A stretch of DNA of 64,000 bases. It comes from an uncultured Mycoplasmatota bacterium. Its GTDB lineage: Bacteria; Bacillota_I; Bacilli_A; RF39; UBA660. A program made the position numbers and the translations under genes. Shown piece by piece: positions 28,426 to 36,685 of this stretch; the stretch's first letter is position 1; each line of letters starts with the position of its first letter. The DNA lies in NCBI GenBank assembly GCA_946497925.1, contig CAMMMG010000002.1, positions 398-64,397 of the forward strand, written 5' to 3'. A model generated the notes under the pieces. That model did no database searches and was not told the DNA's origin. It saw only the letters and a list, made by a program, of their open reading frames with translations.

Positions 28426-29310
28426 TTATATCTTATAAACTTTATTTTTACCCTGTCTTATTCTTTGAAACTGTTCTTTTAAAGTACTCTTTGTATAATA
28501 AACAGCTCCTTTTAAATCAACTTCATCATCTAAAAACTCATAATGCTTCTTATTACTTTGCCATACGCTTTCATGCCTTTCAATAAAATCATTATTAAGA
28601 TAATCAGTATTTAAACTAGAAATATCTCTAATTTTACCTCTATCTTGAAGCATCTTTTCAAAATAGTAAGAAAATTTATCTAAGTCATAATCTCCACCAT
28701 GCAAGTGATAAATATCATAGAAGTCTTTTGTTCTTGTATTTAAAACATCTGTCTTAGTAGACTCGGCAATAATACATAATTTCTCTGCTAAAGTCTCTTC
28801 CATAGAAGGGACTACTACTTCATATTCTTCATCCCTTGAAAATACTTTAGGTACTAATTTCAAATGTTTCTCCTAGATACAAGGATGATTTTCTCTATAA
28901 TCAATACCTATTGGATGATTAATTTTTCCATACTTAGTAGCGATTGGTAACTTAATAATACCTGTATTAGTTCTTTTAGGAGCACCTCTTAAAATATAGT
29001 CAAAATCATTATCACCCTCTTTATCACACATAGCATTAACTAAAAGAATTAAAGGATTATGATGGCCTATTGTACTAGTTAAATCTATATCTGTAATAGG
29101 TCTAACTATTTTACCTAAATGAACAGCTTGTGCGAAACTTCCCTTAACTATTATATTCATACTTTTATCGATTTTACTTAAGCGATAAAGTAAATCTCTT
29201 GAAAAGAAAGTATTATAAACATTAGTTATACTAATATTAAGTCTTTTAGACTCTTTATTTAGGTATGACTTTAAACTATCACAGTTCTTAAATTCGTTCA
29301 TTTCAACCAT
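28426..29310 (-). pseudogene. AbiEii/AbiGii-family nucleotidyltransferase toxin gene interrupted by one in-frame TAG
   Basis: The N-terminal half has FSRDLLYRLSK..IVKGSFAQ..RPITDIDL and the C-terminal half has LAEKLCIIAES..RTKDFYDIYHL. The two ORFs are in the same frame, separated only by TAG (28873-28875) plus 3 codons. No AbiEi gene lies upstream. Confidence 0.7.
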
Positions 29311-29425
29311 CCCCTTTAGATGGCTAAATCATACCATAAAGTATACCAAGAGTCAAAATTTAAAATTGTATTTTTCCTATTTTTCTATTATAATATAACA
29401 TATTTAGAAGTAAGGACGTGGTAAT

Positions 29426-29803
29426 ATGTTTTTAATATGTATGTTAATGCCTGCTAGTATTTCTATTCTTATAGAAAAAAGAATAATAAAAAAAGAACTT
29501 AGTAATAGTGATTTAATATTAAAGTATTTATTTTATACATTTGTAATAACTACAATCATGAATACTTTTATTTATATTTTTAGTAGTGAGAAATTATTGC
29601 ATTATTCAGAATATACTTTTAGTTATGATTTTTGTTTAAAATATATGTGGCTTAGTCTAATAATCGCTCTCATACTACCATATATATTAAAAGTAATAAG
29701 TGCTAATATAGATATAGATTTAGAGATAAGGAAAAAAGTAAAAAATGCGAAAAAGAAAAAAGACAAAAAAAGAAGTAGTAAAAAAAGCAGTAAAAGTAAG
29801 TAA
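29426..29803 (+). CDS. Small 3-TM membrane protein, Lys-rich tail (possibly the detached N-terminus of the next gene)
   Basis: It has three hydrophobic helices. Its last 59 nt overlap the next ORF in an A-rich tract. Confidence 0.4.
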   Translation: MFLICMLMPASISILIEKRIIKKELSNSDLILKYLFYTFVITTIMNTFIYIFSSEKLLHYSEYTFSYDFCLKYMWLSLIIALILPYILKVISANIDIDLEIRKKVKNAKKKKDKKRSSKKSSKSK

Positions 29804-31301
29804 ATTCATTTTATACTATTTTCTAATATTTCTAGCACTTGTTATTATCTTTGGTACAAATTGGGCTTTAGATAAAGCACAAATTAATAATTTTGAACAA
29901 ATATTACTTACTTTAACTAATTCTGTAAGTACTGCTAGCAATGAGATGATTATAAGTTTTATTAATGATTGTATATTAATTTCTTTAATACTAACTATTA
30001 TTATCTTTTTTATAACAAAACTATTCAAAAATCTAGAGGTATTTATAAAAATTAAGTTAAAGAGAAAAATAGTAAAAGTAAATTTCTATAAAGCTATTAG
30101 ATTTTTCTTTATAGTAAGTTTATTTATCTACTCTATTTATTATGCTACTAGTAATTTATACATATATGACTATATTAAATATAATAATATAGAATCTAAT
30201 TTCTTTGAAACACTATATGTTAATCCTAAAAATGTAGATTTAGAATTCCCTGAAGAAAAAAGAAATTTGATATATATATTTCTAGAGTCTATGGAATCTA
30301 CTTATGCTGACGAGCAAAACGGTGGTGCATATGATATTAATTACATGCCAGAATTAACAGAGCTTGCTAAAGATAATATTAACTTCTCTTCTAATAATTT
30401 AGTAGGAGGAGCCCATATGGCTTACAATGCTTCTTGGACTATGGCTGCTATGGTCGCTCATACTGCAGGTATTCCTTTAAAAACTGTTTTTAATCAAGAT
30501 GACGTAAGTACATATGAAGCAGGTACTACTCTCCCAGGAGCTTATTCATTAGGGGATATTCTAAAAGACGAAGGATATAGACAGTATATTATGGTAGGTT
30601 CTGATTTAACTTTTGGTGGTAGAAGAATTTATTTTAAAAATCATGGTAATTATACTGAATTTGACTATTATACTGCTATAGAAGACGGAATAATAGATGA
30701 AGATTATTATGTATTTTGGGGATATGAAGATGAAAAACTATTTGATTATGCTAAAAAAGAATTAAAAGAAATATCTAAAAGTGATGAACCATTTAATTTT
30801 ACTATGTTAACAGTTGATACTCATTTTCCTGATGGTTATACTGATAATACTTGCAAAGATACTTATGATAACCAATATTTAACAGCAATAGACTGTTCAA
30901 GTAAGAAATTAGATGAATTTATTAGGTGGATTAAGAAACAAGATTTCTATGAAAATACTACTATTATATTAGTAGGAGATCATTTAAGTATGAATACTTA
31001 TTCTTTTGATGTGATTGATCCAAATTATGATAGGAGTGTATATAATGTTTTTATAAATTCAGCAGTTGATACTGATTGTAACAAGAATAGAAGCTTTACA
31101 ACATTTGATTACTACCCTACTACTCTAGCTGCCTTAGGAGTTAAAATAAAGGGAGAAAGATTAGGTCTTGGTACTAATTTATTTAGTTGTAAAGAGACAT
31201 TATCAGAAGAACTTGGTAATGATTATATAGATGAGAAGTTAATGGAAAATTCTCCATATTATAATGAGTGTATTGGAAGTACATGTAAAAAGGATAAGTA
31301 A
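29745..31301 (+). CDS. LTA-synthase / phosphoglycerol-transferase family (alkaline-phosphatase superfamily) membrane enzyme
   Basis: It has 3 TM helices, then IYIFLESMESTY, NASWTMAAMVAHTAGIPL and ILVGDHLS sulfatase-type motifs. Confidence 0.7.
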   Translation: MRKRKKTKKEVVKKAVKVSKFILYYFLIFLALVIIFGTNWALDKAQINNFEQILLTLTNSVSTASNEMIISFINDCILISLILTIIIFFITKLFKNLEVFIKIKLKRKIVKVNFYKAIRFFFIVSLFIYSIYYATSNLYIYDYIKYNNIESNFFETLYVNPKNVDLEFPEEKRNLIYIFLESMESTYADEQNGGAYDINYMPELTELAKDNINFSSNNLVGGAHMAYNASWTMAAMVAHTAGIPLKTVFNQDDVSTYEAGTTLPGAYSLGDILKDEGYRQYIMVGSDLTFGGRRIYFKNHGNYTEFDYYTAIEDGIIDEDYYVFWGYEDEKLFDYAKKELKEISKSDEPFNFTMLTVDTHFPDGYTDNTCKDTYDNQYLTAIDCSSKKLDEFIRWIKKQDFYENTTIILVGDHLSMNTYSFDVIDPNYDRSVYNVFINSAVDTDCNKNRSFTTFDYYPTTLAALGVKIKGERLGLGTNLFSCKETLSEELGNDYIDEKLMENSPYYNECIGSTCKKDK

Positions 31302-31327
31302 TGTTAATAATTACCTATCCTTTTTTA
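31292..31327 (+). terminator. Hairpin terminator at the convergent ltaS-like/htpG junction
   Basis: GGATAAGTAAT-gttaata-ATTACCTATCC followed by TTTTTT. Confidence 0.5.
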
Positions 31328-33211
31328 TTTAGCAAGTAACTCACTAATTAAATTACTTATTTCAGTTGGATTATCTAAACTCATTCCTTCTATAAGTCTA
31401 GCTTCTGCATATAGTATTTTACTATATTTCTCTAATGTCTCATAATCTTTATTTTCATATAAAGATTTTAGTTTATCAGCAATAGGATGATTTTCATTAA
31501 TCTCCATAACAGTATTTGCCTTAACTCCAGTATCTGTTGGCATTGCATCCATTACTTTTTGCATTTCTACTGAAACATCACCTTTACTAGTTAAACATAC
31601 AGGATGATTCTTTAAACGATGAGTAAACTCTACTTCATTAACACCATTATTTAGAGCACCATGCATCTTAGTAAACATATCTTTATATTCTTCATTTACC
31701 TTCTTTAATTCTTCTTTTTCTTCATCACTTTCTAAATTAGCATCACTACTTGCTACATTAACAAAGTTTTTCTCTTTATAGTTCATCATTACTTTAAAGA
31801 CAAATTCATCTAAGTAATCAGTTAAATATAAGATATCTACTCCCTTTTCTTTAGCACTTTCAACTTGTGGTAATAAATCTATCTTATCTATAGTTTCACC
31901 ACAAGCATAGTAAATTGTCTTATCATCTTCACTCATATTAGAAACATATTCTGAAAGTGTAACCATTTTCTTCTCTTTAGATGAATAGAAAAGTAATAAG
32001 TCTTGTAATGTCTCTTTTGCCATACCATAAGACTCATAAATACCTACTTTAAGTTGCATTCCAAAGTCTTTAAAGAACTTCTCATAATTTTCTCTATCGT
32101 TTTTAAGCATTTTTTCCAGTTCTTTCTTAATCTTAGATTCAAGACTCTTAGCGATAGATTTAATTTGATAATTATCTTGTAGTGTTTCTCTTGATATATT
32201 TAAAGATATATCTTCACTATCAACAATACCTTTAACAAAACTAAAGTAATCAGGTAAAAGATCAGAACATTTATCCATGATTAGAACACCTTTAGAATAA
32301 AGTTCAAGTCCTTTCTCATAGTCTTTAGAATAATAATTATATGGAGCATGACTTGGTATAAATAAAAGAGTTGTATATGAACATCTTCCTTCTACTTCAC
32401 TACGTATTACTTTTAAAGGTGCTTCATAGTCATAGAACTTATCTGTATAGAAAGAATTATAATCTTCATCTTTTACACTACTCTTCCCTTTCTTCCAAAT
32501 AGGAACCATACTATTTAGTGTTTTATCTTCTATTTTTTTCTCTTCTTTATCATCTTTTTTAGTAGTAGTCTCTACTTCCATTTTTATAGGATAAGAGATA
32601 TAATCAGAATATTTCTTAACTAATCTAAGAAGAGCATAGTCTTCTAAATATTCATCATAATTATTATCTTCATTATTCTCTTTTAAATGTAAAATAATCT
32701 TAGTACCGTGCTTTTCATAATCTACTTCTTCAATAGAATATCCATCAGCACCTCTTGATACCCAACGATAAGCTTTATCACTGTCATAGGCCTTACTAAT
32801 TACTTCTACTTCATCACTTACCATAAAGCTAGAGTAAAATCCTACACCAAACTGTCCAATAATAGCCATATTTTTATCATCAGACATTTTTTCTTTAAAT
32901 AAAAGAGAACCACTCTTAGCGATTGTACCTAAATTATTTTCAAGTTCTTCTTCAGTCATACCAATACCATTATCAATAATAGTTAAGGTTCTATTATCTT
33001 TATCAGGAATAAGTCTAATCTCTAAGTCTTTTTTCTTAACTTTAATCTTTTTGTTAGTAAGTGATTCATAATAAAGTTTATCTATAGCATCACTTGCATT
33101 AGAGATTAACTCACGTAAAAATATCTCCTTATTAGTATAAATAGAATTAATCATTAAATCTAATAACTTTTTAGATTCTGCTTTAAATTGTTTTTTCTTC
33201 AAATTAATCAC
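31325..33211 (-). CDS. htpG: Molecular chaperone HtpG (Hsp90)
   Basis: FLRELISNASDAIDKL, IGQFGVGFYS, 628 aa. It has a GTG start. Confidence 0.95.
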   Translation of the reverse strand: MINLKKKQFKAESKKLLDLMINSIYTNKEIFLRELISNASDAIDKLYYESLTNKKIKVKKKDLEIRLIPDKDNRTLTIIDNGIGMTEEELENNLGTIAKSGSLLFKEKMSDDKNMAIIGQFGVGFYSSFMVSDEVEVISKAYDSDKAYRWVSRGADGYSIEEVDYEKHGTKIILHLKENNEDNNYDEYLEDYALLRLVKKYSDYISYPIKMEVETTTKKDDKEEKKIEDKTLNSMVPIWKKGKSSVKDEDYNSFYTDKFYDYEAPLKVIRSEVEGRCSYTTLLFIPSHAPYNYYSKDYEKGLELYSKGVLIMDKCSDLLPDYFSFVKGIVDSEDISLNISRETLQDNYQIKSIAKSLESKIKKELEKMLKNDRENYEKFFKDFGMQLKVGIYESYGMAKETLQDLLLFYSSKEKKMVTLSEYVSNMSEDDKTIYYACGETIDKIDLLPQVESAKEKGVDILYLTDYLDEFVFKVMMNYKEKNFVNVASSDANLESDEEKEELKKVNEEYKDMFTKMHGALNNGVNEVEFTHRLKNHPVCLTSKGDVSVEMQKVMDAMPTDTGVKANTVMEINENHPIADKLKSLYENKDYETLEKYSKILYAEARLIEGMSLDNPTEISNLISELLAK

Positions 33212-33235
33212 TCTTCTTTCTTATTTACATTAAGT

Positions 33236-33277
33236 AGAATAACACTAGTGTTAGCAAATGTCAATAACGAGTGCTAG
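33236..33277 (-). promoter_or_regulatory. htpG promoter (TTGACA-17-TATTCT) overlapped by a half-degenerate CIRCE-like inverted repeat
   Basis: The plus strand at 33251-33277 reads TTAGCAAAT-N9-GAGTGCTAG, against the CIRCE consensus TTAGCACTC-N9-GAGTGCTAA (6/9 + 8/9). The -35 lies inside the N9 spacer. Confidence 0.4.
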
Positions 33278-33442
33278 AAAAATTAGGAATTTATATTCTT
33301 TTTCTTTACTTGCTTTAAATATGACATAGAAATAATATTCTTCACCAATAGTAAAAAGAACAGAATGTGATTATCCTGTTCTTAGCACAACATAAGAGAA
33401 AACAATACTTAAACTGCTCTTCTAGTTAGTTAAGGTCTTCTC

Positions 33443-33829
33443 TTATCTTTCTAAATTATCTACTGGTAATATTATTCCAATTTCACCTTTAGTTTCTCTT
33501 GCCTTTTGCCAACAAGAACTAACATTAAGTCCACCATCTGGTAGCCAAGCCATAATAATATTAACGATAGTTGGTAAAAGGAAAACTAATATAGCAGCGG
33601 CTATTTGGGATATAAGCTTTCTAATAAAGTGTTTTTGATCAGGATCAGTTATAACTTTAATAAGTGTAAGTACTAAACTAATAATTAATATTATTGGAAC
33701 TGCTATACAAATAATATCAAATGCAGTTTGTGTAAGTGATAAAATGTTAGCTAGTGCATAATCACTACAAGCATCTGCTGTTGCTAAAACATATACCATC
33801 TTAACTACCTCCTTTTGTCTTTTTCTCAC
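33443..33829 (-). CDS. Small membrane protein
   Basis: 128 aa with 3 hydrophobic helices. It overlaps the upstream methyltransferase gene by 29 nt. Confidence 0.4.
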   Translation of the reverse strand: MRKRQKEVVKMVYVLATADACSDYALANILSLTQTAFDIICIAVPIILIISLVLTLIKVITDPDQKHFIRKLISQIAAAILVFLLPTIVNIIMAWLPDGGLNVSSCWQKARETKGEIGIILPVDNLER

Positions 33830-34418
33830 TAACAGCTATTCCATCACCAATATCATAAATTGTTGTATTATAGTTGTCATTATCTTTTAGAAAAGCTATA
33901 TAGTCTTTAATTTTCCTTACTATTCCTCTTACATTTCTACTTTTTATTTCTTTTTCATTCTTATGAACTAGACCATGAAAATACATATTATCAGTAATTA
34001 TATAACCACTTTCTTTTAAGTTTTTTTCAAAGAGTTCAAAGAATTTAATATTTTGAGCTTTCGCTGCATCGATGAAAATCAAGTCAAATTTATCTTCTAT
34101 TTTTACTTTTAAAGCATCATTAAATATCAAGGTAATACGATCTTCTAAATTAAGTTTTTTTACATTTTTAACTGCTTCTAAATATCTTTCTTCGTCACGT
34201 TCTATTGTTGTGACTTTTAAATCAGGACTGCAAAGGCTCATCATAATAGCAGAATATCCTATAGCACTACCTATTTCTAAAACATTTTTTATTTGATGTT
34301 TAATAATAAATGTTGTTAAAAAGTCTATACCTTCGTTTTGCATAATAGGAATTTTGTTTTCTATGGCATATTCTTTTATTCGTTTTATATGCATATAGTT
34401 ATTATTTACCATATCCAA
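33801..34418 (-). CDS. Class I SAM-dependent O-methyltransferase (YrrM/TrmR-like)
   Basis: VLEIGSAIGYSAIMM and LIFIDAAKAQ. It occupies the conserved position after mltG. Confidence 0.7.
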   Translation of the reverse strand: MDMVNNNYMHIKRIKEYAIENKIPIMQNEGIDFLTTFIIKHQIKNVLEIGSAIGYSAIMMSLCSPDLKVTTIERDEERYLEAVKNVKKLNLEDRITLIFNDALKVKIEDKFDLIFIDAAKAQNIKFFELFEKNLKESGYIITDNMYFHGLVHKNEKEIKSRNVRGIVRKIKDYIAFLKDNDNYNTTIYDIGDGIAVSEKKTKGGS

Positions 34419-35467
34419 TCACCATTTTCTTTTAATTCTTGTACTTTTTCTTCATGTTCAGCGACAGTTTTAGTAAAGTAAACATTTCTGTTCTTATCTG
34501 CTACAAAATATAAATAATCACTAGAACTTGGATTAATCGCTGCGTCTATACTAGATAAAGATGGATTACTTATTGGTCCTACAGGTAGACGTCCTGCCAT
34601 TTCACTACTTCTAGTATTATAAGGATTATAAGTATTAAACATTTCACTAGTTAAATCAGAATTCATTTCTTCATCAAAGGCATAATAAGTAGTAACATCA
34701 CTTCCTAAATTCATACCTCTAGCTAATCTATTATTAAAAACACTAATAATCATTTTTCTATCTTCATCTTTTACTCCTTCAAGTTCAGCGATACTTGCTA
34801 AAGTCATAATACTATGTATATTACTATTTTCTAAAGTATCTTTATAAGGAGCTAGTTTTTCTTCCTCCTCATCTAATAGTTTTCTTATAATGGTTTCACT
34901 ATCTAGGTTATCTTTAGAAAATTCATATGTATCTGGGAAAAGATATCCCTCTAAAGGATAATATATATTCTCATCTAAAATACTATCTGTTAAAAACCAA
35001 TAATCATTTATTAAGTTTGTTAATAGTGTAGTATCTTTAATAGTAGAAAGGAATTCTTCACTAGTAATATCTGTATTTTTAGATATCATATTAGCATAGT
35101 CTTTAACACTTTCACCTTCTTTAAAAGTTAATCTAATAACATTGTCATTAGTATTACCTTTTTCTAGTTCTTCAACTATCTCTTTCATACTCATACTTTT
35201 AGTTAAAAGATATGTTGAGGCTTTCAGACTTCTTACATTATTTAATTTTAAATAAACTTTAAAAAAGAACTCATTTCTTATTAACCCTTTATCATAAAGT
35301 GTTTTTGCTATGTTAGTTGTACTCATTCCTTCTGGGATAACTACCTCAATATTTGCCTTACTACTTTTATCTATAGGACTAACATTATATTGATAATAAA
35401 TAAAACTACCAATCAATAGAACTCCTATAAAACCAAGTATTAAAGCTAATACACGCATTTTCTTCAT
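34406..35467 (-). CDS. mltG: Endolytic murein transglycosylase MltG (YceG family)
   Basis: It has an N-terminal TM helix and LEGYLFPDTYEF, ASIAELEG, YNTRSSEMAGRLPVGPISNP motifs. Confidence 0.9.
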   Translation of the reverse strand: MKKMRVLALILGFIGVLLIGSFIYYQYNVSPIDKSSKANIEVVIPEGMSTTNIAKTLYDKGLIRNEFFFKVYLKLNNVRSLKASTYLLTKSMSMKEIVEELEKGNTNDNVIRLTFKEGESVKDYANMISKNTDITSEEFLSTIKDTTLLTNLINDYWFLTDSILDENIYYPLEGYLFPDTYEFSKDNLDSETIIRKLLDEEEEKLAPYKDTLENSNIHSIMTLASIAELEGVKDEDRKMIISVFNNRLARGMNLGSDVTTYYAFDEEMNSDLTSEMFNTYNPYNTRSSEMAGRLPVGPISNPSLSSIDAAINPSSSDYLYFVADKNRNVYFTKTVAEHEEKVQELKENGDWIW

Positions 35468-35487
35468 ACTGCCAATCCCTTCTTTTA

Positions 35488-35796
35488 TTAAGCAGCGCTG
35501 CTTTCTGTATTAGTATCATTACCAACTTGAGCTTTAACTTCTTCTTGAATTGTTTCAAGAATTTTTTCAATTACCTGCCACTCTTTTTCTGTCTCAATAG
35601 GATCTAGTTTAGTAGAATCAGTTCCTGGATAATATACACTAGCATAAACTTGAACATTGCCCTTATCATCTAAACTATTATCTGTATAAACTATATAACT
35701 TTTATTAGTCTCTTCATTATCAAATGTAAATAAAACATCATATACTGTTTCTTTACCATATTCATCTTTTAATTTAAATTGATTTTTTCCATCCAT
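35488..35796 (-). CDS. DUF1292 (YrzB-like) protein
   Basis: YDVLFTFDNEETNKSYIVYTDN pattern and synteny with ruvX/mltG. Confidence 0.7.
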   Translation of the reverse strand: MDGKNQFKLKDEYGKETVYDVLFTFDNEETNKSYIVYTDNSLDDKGNVQVYASVYYPGTDSTKLDPIETEKEWQVIEKILETIQEEVKAQVGNDTNTESSAA

Positions 35797-35797
35797 A

Positions 35798-36214
35798 TTA
35801 TTTTCTCCTTTGATCTAAAAATGATTGTAATATAATTGTAGCAGCTACTTTATCTATAACTTTTTTACGTTTTTTTCTACTAGTATCTCCTTTTATTAGA
35901 ATAGCTTCAGCACTCTTAGTAGTTAGTCTTTCATCTTCTAAATAAATAGGGATATCTATATTAGACTCTAAAAACTCTTTAAATTCAAGAGTAGCTTCTG
36001 CTCTTTCACCTAAAGTATTATTCATATTTTTAGGCAATCCTAGAACTAAAGCTTCAACATTCAAAGACTCTACAATAGATTTTAACTCATCTAAACAGTC
36101 ATTTGGATTATTATCATGACGTAAGACTTCATAAGATGATGCAATTAAACCTGTTTTATCACTAATAGCAAGGCCAATAGTTTTAGTACCTAAATCTAGA
36201 CCTAAATATCTCAT
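35798..36214 (-). CDS. ruvX: Holliday-junction resolvase-like pre-16S rRNA nuclease RuvX (YqgF)
   Basis: MRYLGLDLGTKTIGLAISD...DERLTT. Confidence 0.9.
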   Translation of the reverse strand: MRYLGLDLGTKTIGLAISDKTGLIASSYEVLRHDNNPNDCLDELKSIVESLNVEALVLGLPKNMNNTLGERAEATLEFKEFLESNIDIPIYLEDERLTTKSAEAILIKGDTSRKKRKKVIDKVAATIILQSFLDQRRK

Positions 36215-36459
36215 TATTTATTTAACATACTAGTAAGTAGAACTTCAACTATCTTACTTCTATCTATTGTTTTTATCTTACTTCTAGCATCTTGATAACT
36301 TGAAATATAACCTAAGTCACCGCTTATTAAGTAACCTACTATTTGGTCTATTGGATTATAACCTCTTTCTTTTAGAGAGTTATATACTTCAAGTAATGTT
36401 TTATGAACCTTTGCTTGGTCATTACTAACTAGTTTAAATAATCTTGTTTTATCATCCAT
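36214..36459 (-). CDS. IreB-family regulatory phosphoprotein (UPF0297/YrzL)
   Basis: GYNPIDQIVGYLISGDLGYISS. Confidence 0.8.
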   Translation of the reverse strand: MDDKTRLFKLVSNDQAKVHKTLLEVYNSLKERGYNPIDQIVGYLISGDLGYISSYQDARSKIKTIDRSKIVEVLLTSMLNK

Positions 36460-36613
36460 ATTATCACCTCACTACAATTACTAAAATTAGTTTAGCATTT
36501 TTTTAAAGTAAGTTCAAGTAAAAGAGAAAAAAAGCATATAGATAGCACTTTTACAATTTCTTTTTATAATTGTTGATTGTTTCTACTGAACTAATAACTT
36601 TTTTGAGAATCTT

Positions 36614-36647
36614 ATAAACAAAAAATAGATGGAGTTTACCATCTATT
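36614..36647 (-). terminator. Terminator of the 658-aa gene, built on a duplicated ABC-operon terminator
   Basis: The minus strand reads AATAGATGG-TAAACT-CCATCTATT followed by TTTTGTTT. Confidence 0.6.
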
Positions 36648-36656
36648 CTGCAACAC
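36641..36656. repeat. 16-nt direct repeat, left copy (atctattctgcaacac)
   Basis: It is identical to 39035-39050, where the same string is the last codons plus stop of the ABC gene and its terminator arm. Confidence 0.8.
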
Positions 36657-36685
36657 GATTTAATTAGTATGACTTTAAATGATTC

